Shown here piece after piece: positions 18,036 through 25,992 of a DNA stretch of 32,000 bases. A program made the position numbers and the translations under genes. Source of the DNA: Thermodesulfobacteriota bacterium. GTDB taxonomy: Bacteria > Desulfobacterota > WTBG01 > JAGOGO01. The notes below the pieces were generated by a model. That model saw only the letters and a program-made list of their open reading frames with translations. It did not search any database and was not told the DNA's origin. Where the stretch lies: NCBI GenBank assembly GCA_026625185.1, contig CP113000.1, forward strand, positions 2,415,622 to 2,447,621, in the 5' to 3' direction. Each line of letters begins with the position of its first letter. Positions within the stretch are counted from its first letter, which is position 1.

Positions 18036-19768
18036 ATAAGCACCCCCTCAATTTCAGAGACTATTTGATCTTCAGTAAAGAATTGGGCGATTATCGCTTC
18101 GCTGGGACAAGCAGCCGCACAGGTGCCGCATCCCTTACAGAGAACGGGATTTATTGATGATAGTTTCTCGTTTGGGTCATAGGAAATGGCGGTGTAAGGG
18201 CAGAGGTTATTGCATATCCGGCAGCCAGAACAGAGCTCCGGGATTATCTGTGAGATCGCGGCATCTAACTCCACCTCACCTTTCATGATCAATGACATAA
18301 CCTGTGAAGCAGCCGCCGATGCCTGAGCCACAGTATCCGGGATATCCTTAGGGCCTTGCGCTGCTCCGGCAATAAAGACCCCATCTGTTGACGTGGAAAC
18401 CGGTGCAAGCTTTGGATGCCTTTCCATGAAGAAACCATCCTTGCTCCGGCTCACCCCAAAAAGCCTCCCTAAAGCCTCAGCATCTTCTGGTGGTTCGAGG
18501 GCACAACAGAGCACTGCCATATCTACCGGGATCCGTCTGATCCTGCCTACCAATGTGTCCTCGCATCGGACCACAAGTTTTCCTTTCTCTTCCTCATAGA
18601 TCGGAAAGGTAATCTCTCCGGTTTTACCCCTTACAAACCTAACTCCTTCTTTCAAAAGTCGCTTATAGAACTCTTCATAGCCCTTCCCAAAACAGCGGAG
18701 GTCAATGTAGAAATTATAAACCTCAGCGTCAGTTTTCTCCTTTATCAGGTGGGCAAATTTGAGGGCGTACATACAACAGACCCGGGAACAGTATTCGTGG
18801 AAGTTTTCATCTCTGCTTCCCACACAATGAAGCAAGGCAACTGCTTTTGGTTTTTCACCATTTTCCAGAAGGACTTCTCCACCCGTAGGTCCGGCAGCAC
18901 AGTTGAGCCATTCAAATTCAAGGCTGGTGAGTACATTAGGAAGGGTTCCATAACCGAACTGGGCCATTGCCTCGGGATTAAAAGGATGGAAACCAGGGGC
19001 GAGAAGAATGTTTCCCACTTCCACTTCAATTTCCTCTTCCTTCATTTCATAGTCGATCGCTTCTCTCTCACAGACTTGGCTACAGATGCCGCACTTCCCG
19101 GTGCGAAAATGGATGCAGGTCTCGGGGTTAATTACCGGCTTATTCGGTACGGCTTGCATACTCGTTACATAAATCGAAGACTTGGGACCCAAGAGAAGCT
19201 CGCTGTGAACAATTTTTCGTTCCTTGATGTCATCCATGTGAATGTAACCAGTAGGACATATAGTCGCACAGGCACCACAAGCAATACAGCGATCTGATTC
19301 AGCAGTGAGGTGTCGCTCCTCTCCTTTACCCTCAAACCGAAAAACTACTTGGCCAACCACTTCCTCACACATATTGACGCAGAGGCCACAGAGGATACAG
19401 CCTTCCCCCTCCGCGGGTATGGAAATATTATATTCTTCAGCGAGATGCCGCAAAATGGGAACCTCGGGTGCCCGGGCGATGAGCCGTTCCACTGCTTTTT
19501 TTCTTCGCTCTTTCGTGCGATCGGAATCCGTGTAGATCTTCATTCCTTCTTTAACGTTGCTATTACAGGAGGTGGCAAGGCTACTTTCTTCCTTCCCCTC
19601 CTTTTCCCGCTTTACCTCCACGATACAGAGGCCGCAGACAGTCGTCGGTTTTACCCGCTCATGGTGGCAAAGGGTAGGAATGTCAATCCCGGCCTTTTGG
19701 CAAGCTTTAAGGATGGTAGATGATTCCTCTACCTGATATGGTTTATCGTTTATAGTAATCGAGACCAA
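18032..19768 (-). CDS. hdrA: Fusion protein: an N-terminal 2Fe-2S ferredoxin-like domain plus 2x[4Fe-4S] module, joined to the C-terminal two-thirds of HdrA
   Basis: The N-terminus has C-x10-C-x2-C-x19-C (LCHH..VCGLC..SC), then CILCGLCVNMC and CIACGACATICP. From CIHFRTGKCGICSQVCE onward it is colinear with HdrA1 from its second inserted-ferredoxin motif to the C-terminus. It has its own AGGAGG RBS and TTG start at 19768. Confidence 0.8.
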   Translation of the reverse strand: MVSITINDKPYQVEESSTILKACQKAGIDIPTLCHHERVKPTTVCGLCIVEVKREKEGKEESSLATSCNSNVKEGMKIYTDSDRTKERRKKAVERLIARAPEVPILRHLAEEYNISIPAEGEGCILCGLCVNMCEEVVGQVVFRFEGKGEERHLTAESDRCIACGACATICPTGYIHMDDIKERKIVHSELLLGPKSSIYVTSMQAVPNKPVINPETCIHFRTGKCGICSQVCEREAIDYEMKEEEIEVEVGNILLAPGFHPFNPEAMAQFGYGTLPNVLTSLEFEWLNCAAGPTGGEVLLENGEKPKAVALLHCVGSRDENFHEYCSRVCCMYALKFAHLIKEKTDAEVYNFYIDLRCFGKGYEEFYKRLLKEGVRFVRGKTGEITFPIYEEEKGKLVVRCEDTLVGRIRRIPVDMAVLCCALEPPEDAEALGRLFGVSRSKDGFFMERHPKLAPVSTSTDGVFIAGAAQGPKDIPDTVAQASAAASQVMSLIMKGEVELDAAISQIIPELCSGCRICNNLCPYTAISYDPNEKLSSINPVLCKGCGTCAAACPSEAIIAQFFTEDQIVSEIEGVLI

Positions 19769-19781
19769 GCTTTTCCCTCCT

Positions 19782-20627
19782 CTATTCTACTTCCTTGATT
19801 GTTTTATTTCCCATCTTGATGGCTCTTTTCTTTGGTACCGTATAAGCAGGGCAAGCGGCGAAACATATCCCGCAGCCGGTACATTTTTCCAAGGAAACAT
19901 ATCGGGGTTTCTTCTTGATTTTAGCCTTGAAGCTTCCAATGAAGCCTGATACTTCGGTTACCTCGCTGTAAGTAAGAAGGGTTATATTTGGATGCTGGCC
20001 CACCTGGGCCGTCTTGGGCGTCAAAATTCAGGCCGAGCAATCAAGGGTAGGGAAGGTCTTATCCAGTTGGGACATATGCCCTCCAATGGAAGGCTTCTTT
20101 TCGACAAGGTAGACGTGGTTTCCCCCTTCGGCTAAATCTATGGCTGCCTGAATTCCGGCGATACCACCCCCAACGATCAAGGTGCTGGGATTGATCTTGA
20201 CCTTTTTCATCTCTAAAGGAGCAAGGAATGCAGTTCGGAGCACTGCCCCCGAGACTAAGGCCTTTGCCTTTTGGGTGGCATCCCGCGCGTCTTCATGAAC
20301 CCAGGAACAGTGTTCCCGGATATTGGTCATATAAAATAGATAGCGATTAAGGCCCGCTGCTTCACAGGCTTTTCTAAAGGTATTTTCATGCATCCGCGGT
20401 GAACAGGCAGCTACCACCACGGCGTTAAGACCTTGCTCTTTGATATCGTTTTTTATAAGGTCTTGACCTGGATCAGAGCACATAAAACGGTACTCTTTAC
20501 ATACCGCCACTCCGGGAAGAGACGAGGCGAATTCCACCACCTCCGGGACATTTAATTTTCCCGCAATATTTGCGCCACAATCGCAAACAAATACCCCTAT
20601 CTTTTTCCCCGCGATTTTCGCTTCCAT
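19782..20627 (-). CDS. hdrA: HdrA N-terminal part (N-terminal Fe-S domain plus the first half of the FAD domain) with an in-frame TGA (putative Sec, codon 200); ends at TAG
   Basis: Track ORFs 20028..20627 and 19782..20024 are in the same frame and joined by TGA (tca at 20028-20030). The joined sequence TLDCSA-U-ILTPK aligns with TVDCSICILGPK of HdrA1. It ends after the first inserted-ferredoxin motif CTGCGICFAACP. Confidence 0.8.
19997..20010 (-). promoter_or_regulatory. Candidate SECIS upper stem-loop downstream of the hdrA UGA
   Basis: The mRNA reads GGCCC-AGGU-GGGCC, a 5-bp GC stem with a GGU-containing tetraloop. It starts 17 nt after the UGA. Confidence 0.4.
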
Positions 20628-20639
20628 GGCAAAATTCTC

Positions 20640-21509
20640 CTATAAGTATTTGGATACCACCGGCTCTGCCGGAACGATTAAACTTTTAAATCCCAGTGAG
20701 TTTTTGTCAAGCCCAAGGGCAATCCCCATTAACTGGGTAAAATAGAGAATCGGCATGGTGAAACCAAGATTAAATTTCTTTTTTACTCGGGGTTGATAAA
20801 CATCAATATTCATATGGCAAAGAGGGCAAGTAACCACCATAAGATCTGCCTTGTTATCCTTAGCACAGATGAGCAGATTTCTTACCATCCTAAGCCCAAT
20901 ATCCTCTCCCAACCCCACTAACGTGCCTCCACAGCATCTTACCTTTGCGGGAAAAAAGACCGGGTTGGCACCCAATGCGGTCACCAGTCTGTCTAACGAC
21001 TTTGGATTTTCGGTATCCTCAACTCCTCCTTTTGGCCTTACCATCAAACAGCCGTAATAGCAGGCTACGTTGAGTCCCTCCAGTCGGCGTTTCACCAGGC
21101 TGCTTATTTTTTCTAGTCCCACATCGTTTATGATAATCTCAGCTAAGTGTCTAACCTTTACGTTGCCATTATAGGAAAGCCCCACTTCCTCCAGTACCTT
21201 ATAGATTTTTTCTTTTATTTCTGGGTAATCTTTGAGATACTGATTCGTCTTTCTGAACATGGTGTAACATCCACTGCAGGGGATCGCCATATCCTTTCCC
21301 TCTTTCTCGGCTAAAGCGAGGTTCCTAGCGCACAGGGCAAAAGAGTTCATTTCATTTATGCCCATATAAAGGGAGGCGCCGCAACAGTTCCAATCCTCCA
21401 GTTCTTTAAAATTAACTCCTAAGGGCGCTGATATGGTATTGATCGATTCAAAGTAAGCCTTTGAAGTAGCCTTTAACGAACATCCGGGATAATATATGTA
21501 TTCCATCAC
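20640..21509 (-). CDS. hdrB: Heterodisulfide reductase subunit B (second copy)
   Basis: It has the CCG motifs DWNCCGAS and VRCCGGT. It lacks the K/E tail of copy 1. Confidence 0.9.
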   Translation of the reverse strand: MMEYIYYPGCSLKATSKAYFESINTISAPLGVNFKELEDWNCCGASLYMGINEMNSFALCARNLALAEKEGKDMAIPCSGCYTMFRKTNQYLKDYPEIKEKIYKVLEEVGLSYNGNVKVRHLAEIIINDVGLEKISSLVKRRLEGLNVACYYGCLMVRPKGGVEDTENPKSLDRLVTALGANPVFFPAKVRCCGGTLVGLGEDIGLRMVRNLLICAKDNKADLMVVTCPLCHMNIDVYQPRVKKKFNLGFTMPILYFTQLMGIALGLDKNSLGFKSLIVPAEPVVSKYL

Positions 21510-22081
21510 AGTCCGCCAACCTCCTCTGCTTTTTGGATCATTGTCTTTATTTTATTAACGTCTTTTATTTTCTCTGGCATCAGCGGGAGTTTACCATGAG
21601 AAAAGAGGCTCCATCCTAAAGGTATATCTTTAATAGATTTAAAGGGGTTCTTCATGGCAAACCGGAATACAAGCTCTGCTTCATGGTTTCGGCCGTATCT
21701 ATTTATCATATTGACAAACTCCTTCGAAAGTTTTTCCACCTTTAAACCCCGAGGATATTTCCCGGAACGGAGGGCAATTCTCTTTAAAGCATACATAATA
21801 TCGGTAATCTTTATTCCCATGGGGCACCGATAAGTACAGGTATAGCACGATGTGCAAAGCCAGATGGCCTGACTCGACAAAACTTCCTCTCGCAATCCTG
21901 CCCTGATCATTGCCACAAGATGCCTTGGAGTATAGTCCATCATAAAACTTGCCGGGCAGCAGCCGCTACAAGTACCGCACTGAATACATTGCACAATCTC
22001 CTCACCGCCAGGGATGGTACTGATTTCTTTTATAAAATCCAGAGCTACACCCCGTTCCATTAAAACATCTAGCCCAGCCAT
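21506..22081 (-). CDS. hdrC: Heterodisulfide reductase subunit C (second copy)
   Basis: It has the motifs CIQCGTCSGCCP and CTSCYTCTYRCP and overlaps hdrB2 by 4 nt. Confidence 0.9.
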   Translation of the reverse strand: MAGLDVLMERGVALDFIKEISTIPGGEEIVQCIQCGTCSGCCPASFMMDYTPRHLVAMIRAGLREEVLSSQAIWLCTSCYTCTYRCPMGIKITDIMYALKRIALRSGKYPRGLKVEKLSKEFVNMINRYGRNHEAELVFRFAMKNPFKSIKDIPLGWSLFSHGKLPLMPEKIKDVNKIKTMIQKAEEVGGL

Positions 22082-22296
22082 CCTAACCTCCCTCGGTTAA
22101 ATGGTCGTTTAAGCAATACAGTAAATGAAATATTTAGAAATGGTTGAAAAAAATAACTTTAAAAAAAGGGGGATACCAAAAACTCAATAAAGGTTTATCT
22201 TCTGAATAGAAATATTAATCGATAAACTTTCACGTTATTGGTTCGGTCAATGGATTGAGGGCAAAAGGGAATTTGGTTAAAGATTGAATGTAAAAA

Positions 22297-22326
22297 TTTT
22301 TAACACGAAAAAAGGTCGTTTGTCAA
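22297..22326 (-). promoter_or_regulatory. Candidate extended -10 promoter of the hdrC2-mvh operon (TTGACA-N15-TGT-TAAAAA)
   Basis: The minus strand reads ttgaca aacgaccttttttcg tgt taaaaa. It would leave a leader of about 210 nt before the hdrC2 ATG at 22081. Confidence 0.4.
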
Positions 22327-22696
22327 TATAAAAGTTGATAAAAGTCATCTTTTATGAACTTGAACCCTTTTTTGATAAATCCAAGCAAATTACCCTTATT
22401 ATAAAATAGTTACAAAACTTTTAGTTTTTAAAAGGTAAGGTATTTGTTGCGTTTACTATAACTATTGGAAATATTGATAATGTTTAAGAAAAACAAATAA
22501 AGATTAGCCAATAGAAGGAAAGATAGTGACCGCTTGGCACTTCCCGGAAATAATCGGTTTAACCAAGAGCCTTTTTTTCTAAAACAAAGCTTGGATGGAG
22601 AAGGGAGGGTTGCGTTAAAGGGTAAACTCTGATATTAAAAAACATTATTGTTAAATTGAGGTAAGGTAGCCTCTTAAGAACAAAGGGATTAGAGGT

Positions 22697-23347
22697 TTGA
22701 CTCAAATAATTCGGATAGATCCGCATAACTTTTCTTTTCAAACAATTGTTCCGGCCCTGGAAATACTTAGGTCAGGAGGAGTAGTGGCTTATCCAACTGA
22801 AACTTTCTATGGACTGGGAGTTCATGCCTTAAATGAGGAGGCAGTTAAAAAGATTTATGCGATTAAAAAGAGAGATTTTTATCAACCCCTTTTAATCCTT
22901 ATTCCTCATCGAGGCGTGCTTCCCCTTTATGTGAGGGATGTTCCTAAAGGTGCCCTAATGCTGATCGAAAGATTCTGGCCTGGGCCTTTAACTCTGATAT
23001 TTTTCGCTTCTTCTCATTTACCATCTATGCTTTTAGGGGAAGCTGATAAGATCGCTATTCGGGTCTCCTCCCACCCAATTGCCCAAGCATTGACTGAATG
23101 GCTAAATGCTCCGATTACTTCTACCAGTGCCAATATTTCGGGTGCACAAAGTCCATGCACTGCAGAAGAAGTATCTTCTCAATTGGAAAATAAAATAGAT
23201 CTCCTCTTGGATGGGGGCCGGACCCAGGGGGAAAAGCCTTCCACTATTATTGATGTAACTGTCTCCCCCCCCCGGTTAATTCGTGATGGAGCCATCCCGT
23301 TTGCAGCAAATAATAAAGACGAAATTGTATGGAAAATTATTAAGTGA
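22697..23347 (+). CDS. tsaC: L-threonylcarbamoyladenylate synthase (TsaC/YrdC/Sua5 family)
   Basis: It has the motifs VAYPTETFYGLG, KKRDFYQPL, SANISG and STIID. The start is TTG. Confidence 0.85.
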   Translation: MTQIIRIDPHNFSFQTIVPALEILRSGGVVAYPTETFYGLGVHALNEEAVKKIYAIKKRDFYQPLLILIPHRGVLPLYVRDVPKGALMLIERFWPGPLTLIFFASSHLPSMLLGEADKIAIRVSSHPIAQALTEWLNAPITSTSANISGAQSPCTAEEVSSQLENKIDLLLDGGRTQGEKPSTIIDVTVSPPRLIRDGAIPFAANNKDEIVWKIIK

Positions 23348-23840
23348 GGGAAAATCAGTAGATAACTATGATTGATTTCCCTATCACCTTGGAATTATAT
23401 CGTTTTCTTCTTGATCTGGCACTATATCAATCATTAACAATTTGATTATAAATCAGTTTTTATCACCCATATAGTCAACTCAAAGATAAAATGATATTAA
23501 ACGTTACCTGGATTAATATAAATGGTCGGGTTGACAGTATCACTTCACCGGAAACCGGGCAGCATCTTAAACACCCGAAGGATTTTTTCTCTTCTCTATC
23601 TTTTGTTGTGGGCGGGGTCCGGGAAATATCTCTAACTTCACTTGCATTCTTTTTGCATTCGGTTGCCTGTTATTCTGAAAGAGAGCTGTCACCGCATCGT
23701 TAGACCTGGGGCTCTCAAGAGAGCACATGAAGAAATGTTTCTTTTCCTTTTGGTGAAAAACACGGGTAATTGGACTGTCGCAATGAAAGTTTTTTTTAGT
23801 AATCCTAAGATATTTTTTGTTATCTTTTTGCACTTTTTTC

Positions 23841-23878
23841 TTGACATGCAATTACAATATAACTATATTGTAATTGCA
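23841..23878 (+). promoter_or_regulatory. Near-consensus sigma70 promoter (TTGACA-N17-TATATT) embedded in a perfect 14-4-14 palindrome (operator-like)
   Basis: TTGACA is at 23841-23846 and TATATT at 23864-23869. The palindrome is tgcaattacaatat-aact-atattgtaattgca at 23847-23878. The mirror reading on the minus strand gives TTAAGA-N17-TATATT. Confidence 0.5.
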
Positions 23879-23950
23879 TCTTAACCAATTTCCACCTCCA
23901 TCCGACAGGTGTAAGCCGTTTTGAGTTAAGTGGCTGTAATCTATGATTAA

Positions 23951-24589
23951 TCAATGAGTACCATTGTTTTTATAACCGCGCAGATAGTAAAGGACTCTCC
24001 TTACGTATTCCTGGGTCTCATCGTAAGGGGGAATGGCATAATTGCAGCCGATCACCGCATTTTCTCCGGCATTGTAAGCAGCCACGGTTAAGTGCAAATC
24101 ATTGTTAAAGATATTCAAGAGCCTTCGCAGATATTTAACCCCGCCCTCAATATTATCACGGGGACTAAAAATATTTTTCACTGACATATCTTCAGCAGTT
24201 CCGGGCATAAGTTGCATTATTCCTTTGGCGCCTTTTGGCGATATGGCTGAAGGATTAAAGTCAGATTCTGCTTTTATAACCGCCCGAACCAGGTCACAGT
24301 CAACCTGGTATTTAATGGCCATTTCCCGGATCAACGGATCATATATCTTGCAGTCATACTTGATAGAGCGAAAATATCCCCCGTAGCTGTGAACGTATAC
24401 CCTGTAGCGTCTATCGGTTGGGACATTGGTGAAATGAATAGTGCCCTTTTCATCTATGTAGCGATAAATATCTGCGGAAGCAGAGAAGGGATGAAAAAAT
24501 AGTAGTGCAATCAGGATAACAAAGAGGAGGATTTTAAAACGAAATATAACTTCGTATTGTATTTTTTGGTTTTTTGTAATAAAAGTCAA
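23951..24589 (-). CDS. Lytic transglycosylase (SLT domain) with an N-terminal signal/TM segment and a DUF4124-like segment
   Basis: The catalytic region is AESDFNPSAISPKGAKGIMQLMP...AAYNAG. A GGGAGGGA RBS precedes the TTG start. Confidence 0.85.
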   Translation of the reverse strand: MTFITKNQKIQYEVIFRFKILLFVILIALLFFHPFSASADIYRYIDEKGTIHFTNVPTDRRYRVYVHSYGGYFRSIKYDCKIYDPLIREMAIKYQVDCDLVRAVIKAESDFNPSAISPKGAKGIMQLMPGTAEDMSVKNIFSPRDNIEGGVKYLRRLLNIFNNDLHLTVAAYNAGENAVIGCNYAIPPYDETQEYVRRVLYYLRGYKNNGTH

Positions 24590-24708
24590 TTTTCATTCCC
24601 TCCCTATCGAGAAGGATTTTTGGCAGAGGATATCAAATTTTCTAACACGCATAAAAAGAAATTTATTATTAAGCTTAAAGTAACTCTTTAATTATTTCAT
24701 GAGTAGAA

Positions 24709-24900
24709 ATGGATTTCAAGTATTTTTTAAGTGTTATTGGATTGGTCTTAATTATCGAAGGGTCGCCCTATTTTCTTTTTCCGGAAAAGTTAAAAAAATT
24801 TTTAGCACAAATTTTAAATATTTCTGATGGGTATCTCAGAATGTTTGGACTGGTGATTATGCTGGCGGGTTTGGTAGTGCTTTATCTGGCAAGAAGGTAA
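24709..24900 (+). CDS. Small two-TM membrane protein (DUF2065-like)
   Basis: The 63-aa protein has two hydrophobic helices and the EGSPYFLFPEK motif typical of DUF2065. Confidence 0.6.
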   Translation: MDFKYFLSVIGLVLIIEGSPYFLFPEKLKKFLAQILNISDGYLRMFGLVIMLAGLVVLYLARR

Positions 24901-24909
24901 CTAATTAAT

Positions 24910-25965
24910 TTAAATGATAATTTTTAGTTTTTGGCCAACCCTGAGAGGGGAGTCAATCTCTAACTTATTTAATTCAGCAATTTCTTTTGCTTGCTGCTTG
25001 TTTCCCACAAAATCTTCCGCTATTGACTCCATGGTATCCCCTTCTTTTACCGTATAAATTCTGAGTCGGCGGGGGGCTTCAGGGGGACCATAAAGGAGTC
25101 CATCCAAATGAGATTTATATTCATCCTCGAATATATTTCCTTGCTGATTCATAATTTCCTGTTTTGTTACTTCTGCTTCTCCTTTACCTTCTTGTCCCCT
25201 TATTTTACCCATGCCGATATTGAAACCAACCATCTGTTTTGCTTCATTACGGGTTGCGCTGATCCGGTCAAAAATGTCAGGATGGGTGGAAGTATAAACG
25301 CTATATCCGGCTGCGCCTTGGGACATTCGGCTTAACTGGGAGAGAAAAATACTTGCCTGCATGGGGTCGTATCCGGCGCGGTACATATAGGTAAGCCCCA
25401 TGGCATCAGCCTCAAATTCCTTTTCCCGACTATATCCTAAGGTAATCGATTGCGTAAGCGCTGCGGTTACCGGAGCCATCTCCCGGGCGCCGGGAGCAGC
25501 CAGGGATGCCAAGGTCAGAGCCGAAAAAGCCAATTGTTCTGAGAGCTGGCTCGCGCTATGGCGGGCGCAAACATGCCCGATTTCGTGGCCTAAAACACTC
25601 GCCAGTTGGGCTTCATTGTCCAGCTCAGCCAATAATCCCCGGGTGATATAAATATATCCTCCCGGTAAGGCAAAGGCATTGAGGATAGGTATATCAACAA
25701 TGTGAAATTCGTAGGAAATTGAGGTCCGGTCGGATACGTTTACCAGCCGCTGACCAACCTCATTCACATAATGCTCCAGGTCGGTATTATTGTACACCCC
25801 ATATTGCTTGCTTATTTCATAACTGGCATTTCGCCCTAATGAAATTTCTCTATCTTCACTGATGAAATTCAACTCCCGTGTTCTGGTCACGGGATTGATC
25901 CCACAGGCAGAAAAAATGAAAACAATCACCATGAAAATGATTATATATCGGTTAGAAAATATCAT
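24910..25965 (-). CDS. M48-family zinc metalloprotease lipoprotein with a C-terminal LysM domain
   Basis: It has the lipobox FIFSAC, the HEIGH zinc motif, and a LysM domain (YTVKEGDTMESIAEDF...LRVGQKLKI). Confidence 0.85.
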   Translation of the reverse strand: MIFSNRYIIIFMVIVFIFSACGINPVTRTRELNFISEDREISLGRNASYEISKQYGVYNNTDLEHYVNEVGQRLVNVSDRTSISYEFHIVDIPILNAFALPGGYIYITRGLLAELDNEAQLASVLGHEIGHVCARHSASQLSEQLAFSALTLASLAAPGAREMAPVTAALTQSITLGYSREKEFEADAMGLTYMYRAGYDPMQASIFLSQLSRMSQGAAGYSVYTSTHPDIFDRISATRNEAKQMVGFNIGMGKIRGQEGKGEAEVTKQEIMNQQGNIFEDEYKSHLDGLLYGPPEAPRRLRIYTVKEGDTMESIAEDFVGNKQQAKEIAELNKLEIDSPLRVGQKLKIII

Positions 25966-25992
25966 GGCCTTTTCATCCTTAAAAAAAGTGAG

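Noticed and set aside
19766-19784. Read-through of the TAG at 19782-19784 (for example pyrrolysine or suppression) to fuse the two hdrA parts.
   Set aside because: The downstream ORF is in a different frame (offset of 16 nt). It also has its own AGGAGG RBS 7 nt before a TTG start, so these are two genes.
22474-22482. A Fur box suggested by attgataatg.
   Set aside because: Only about one half-site matches. The remainder of the 19-bp consensus is not present.
22535-22552. A sigma-54 promoter suggested by TGGCAC at 22535-22540, upstream of tsaC.
   Set aside because: The -12 element is missing. TGGCAC-ttccc is followed by ggaaa, not TTGC.
23491-23851. ORFs 23491..23703 (+) and 23567..23851 (-) as protein-coding genes.
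   Set aside because: Neither has an RBS. The minus-strand ORF has a TTG start inside the palindrome. The translations are low-complexity or highly basic with no recognisable domain, and the two ORFs overlap each other. The region is treated as non-coding.
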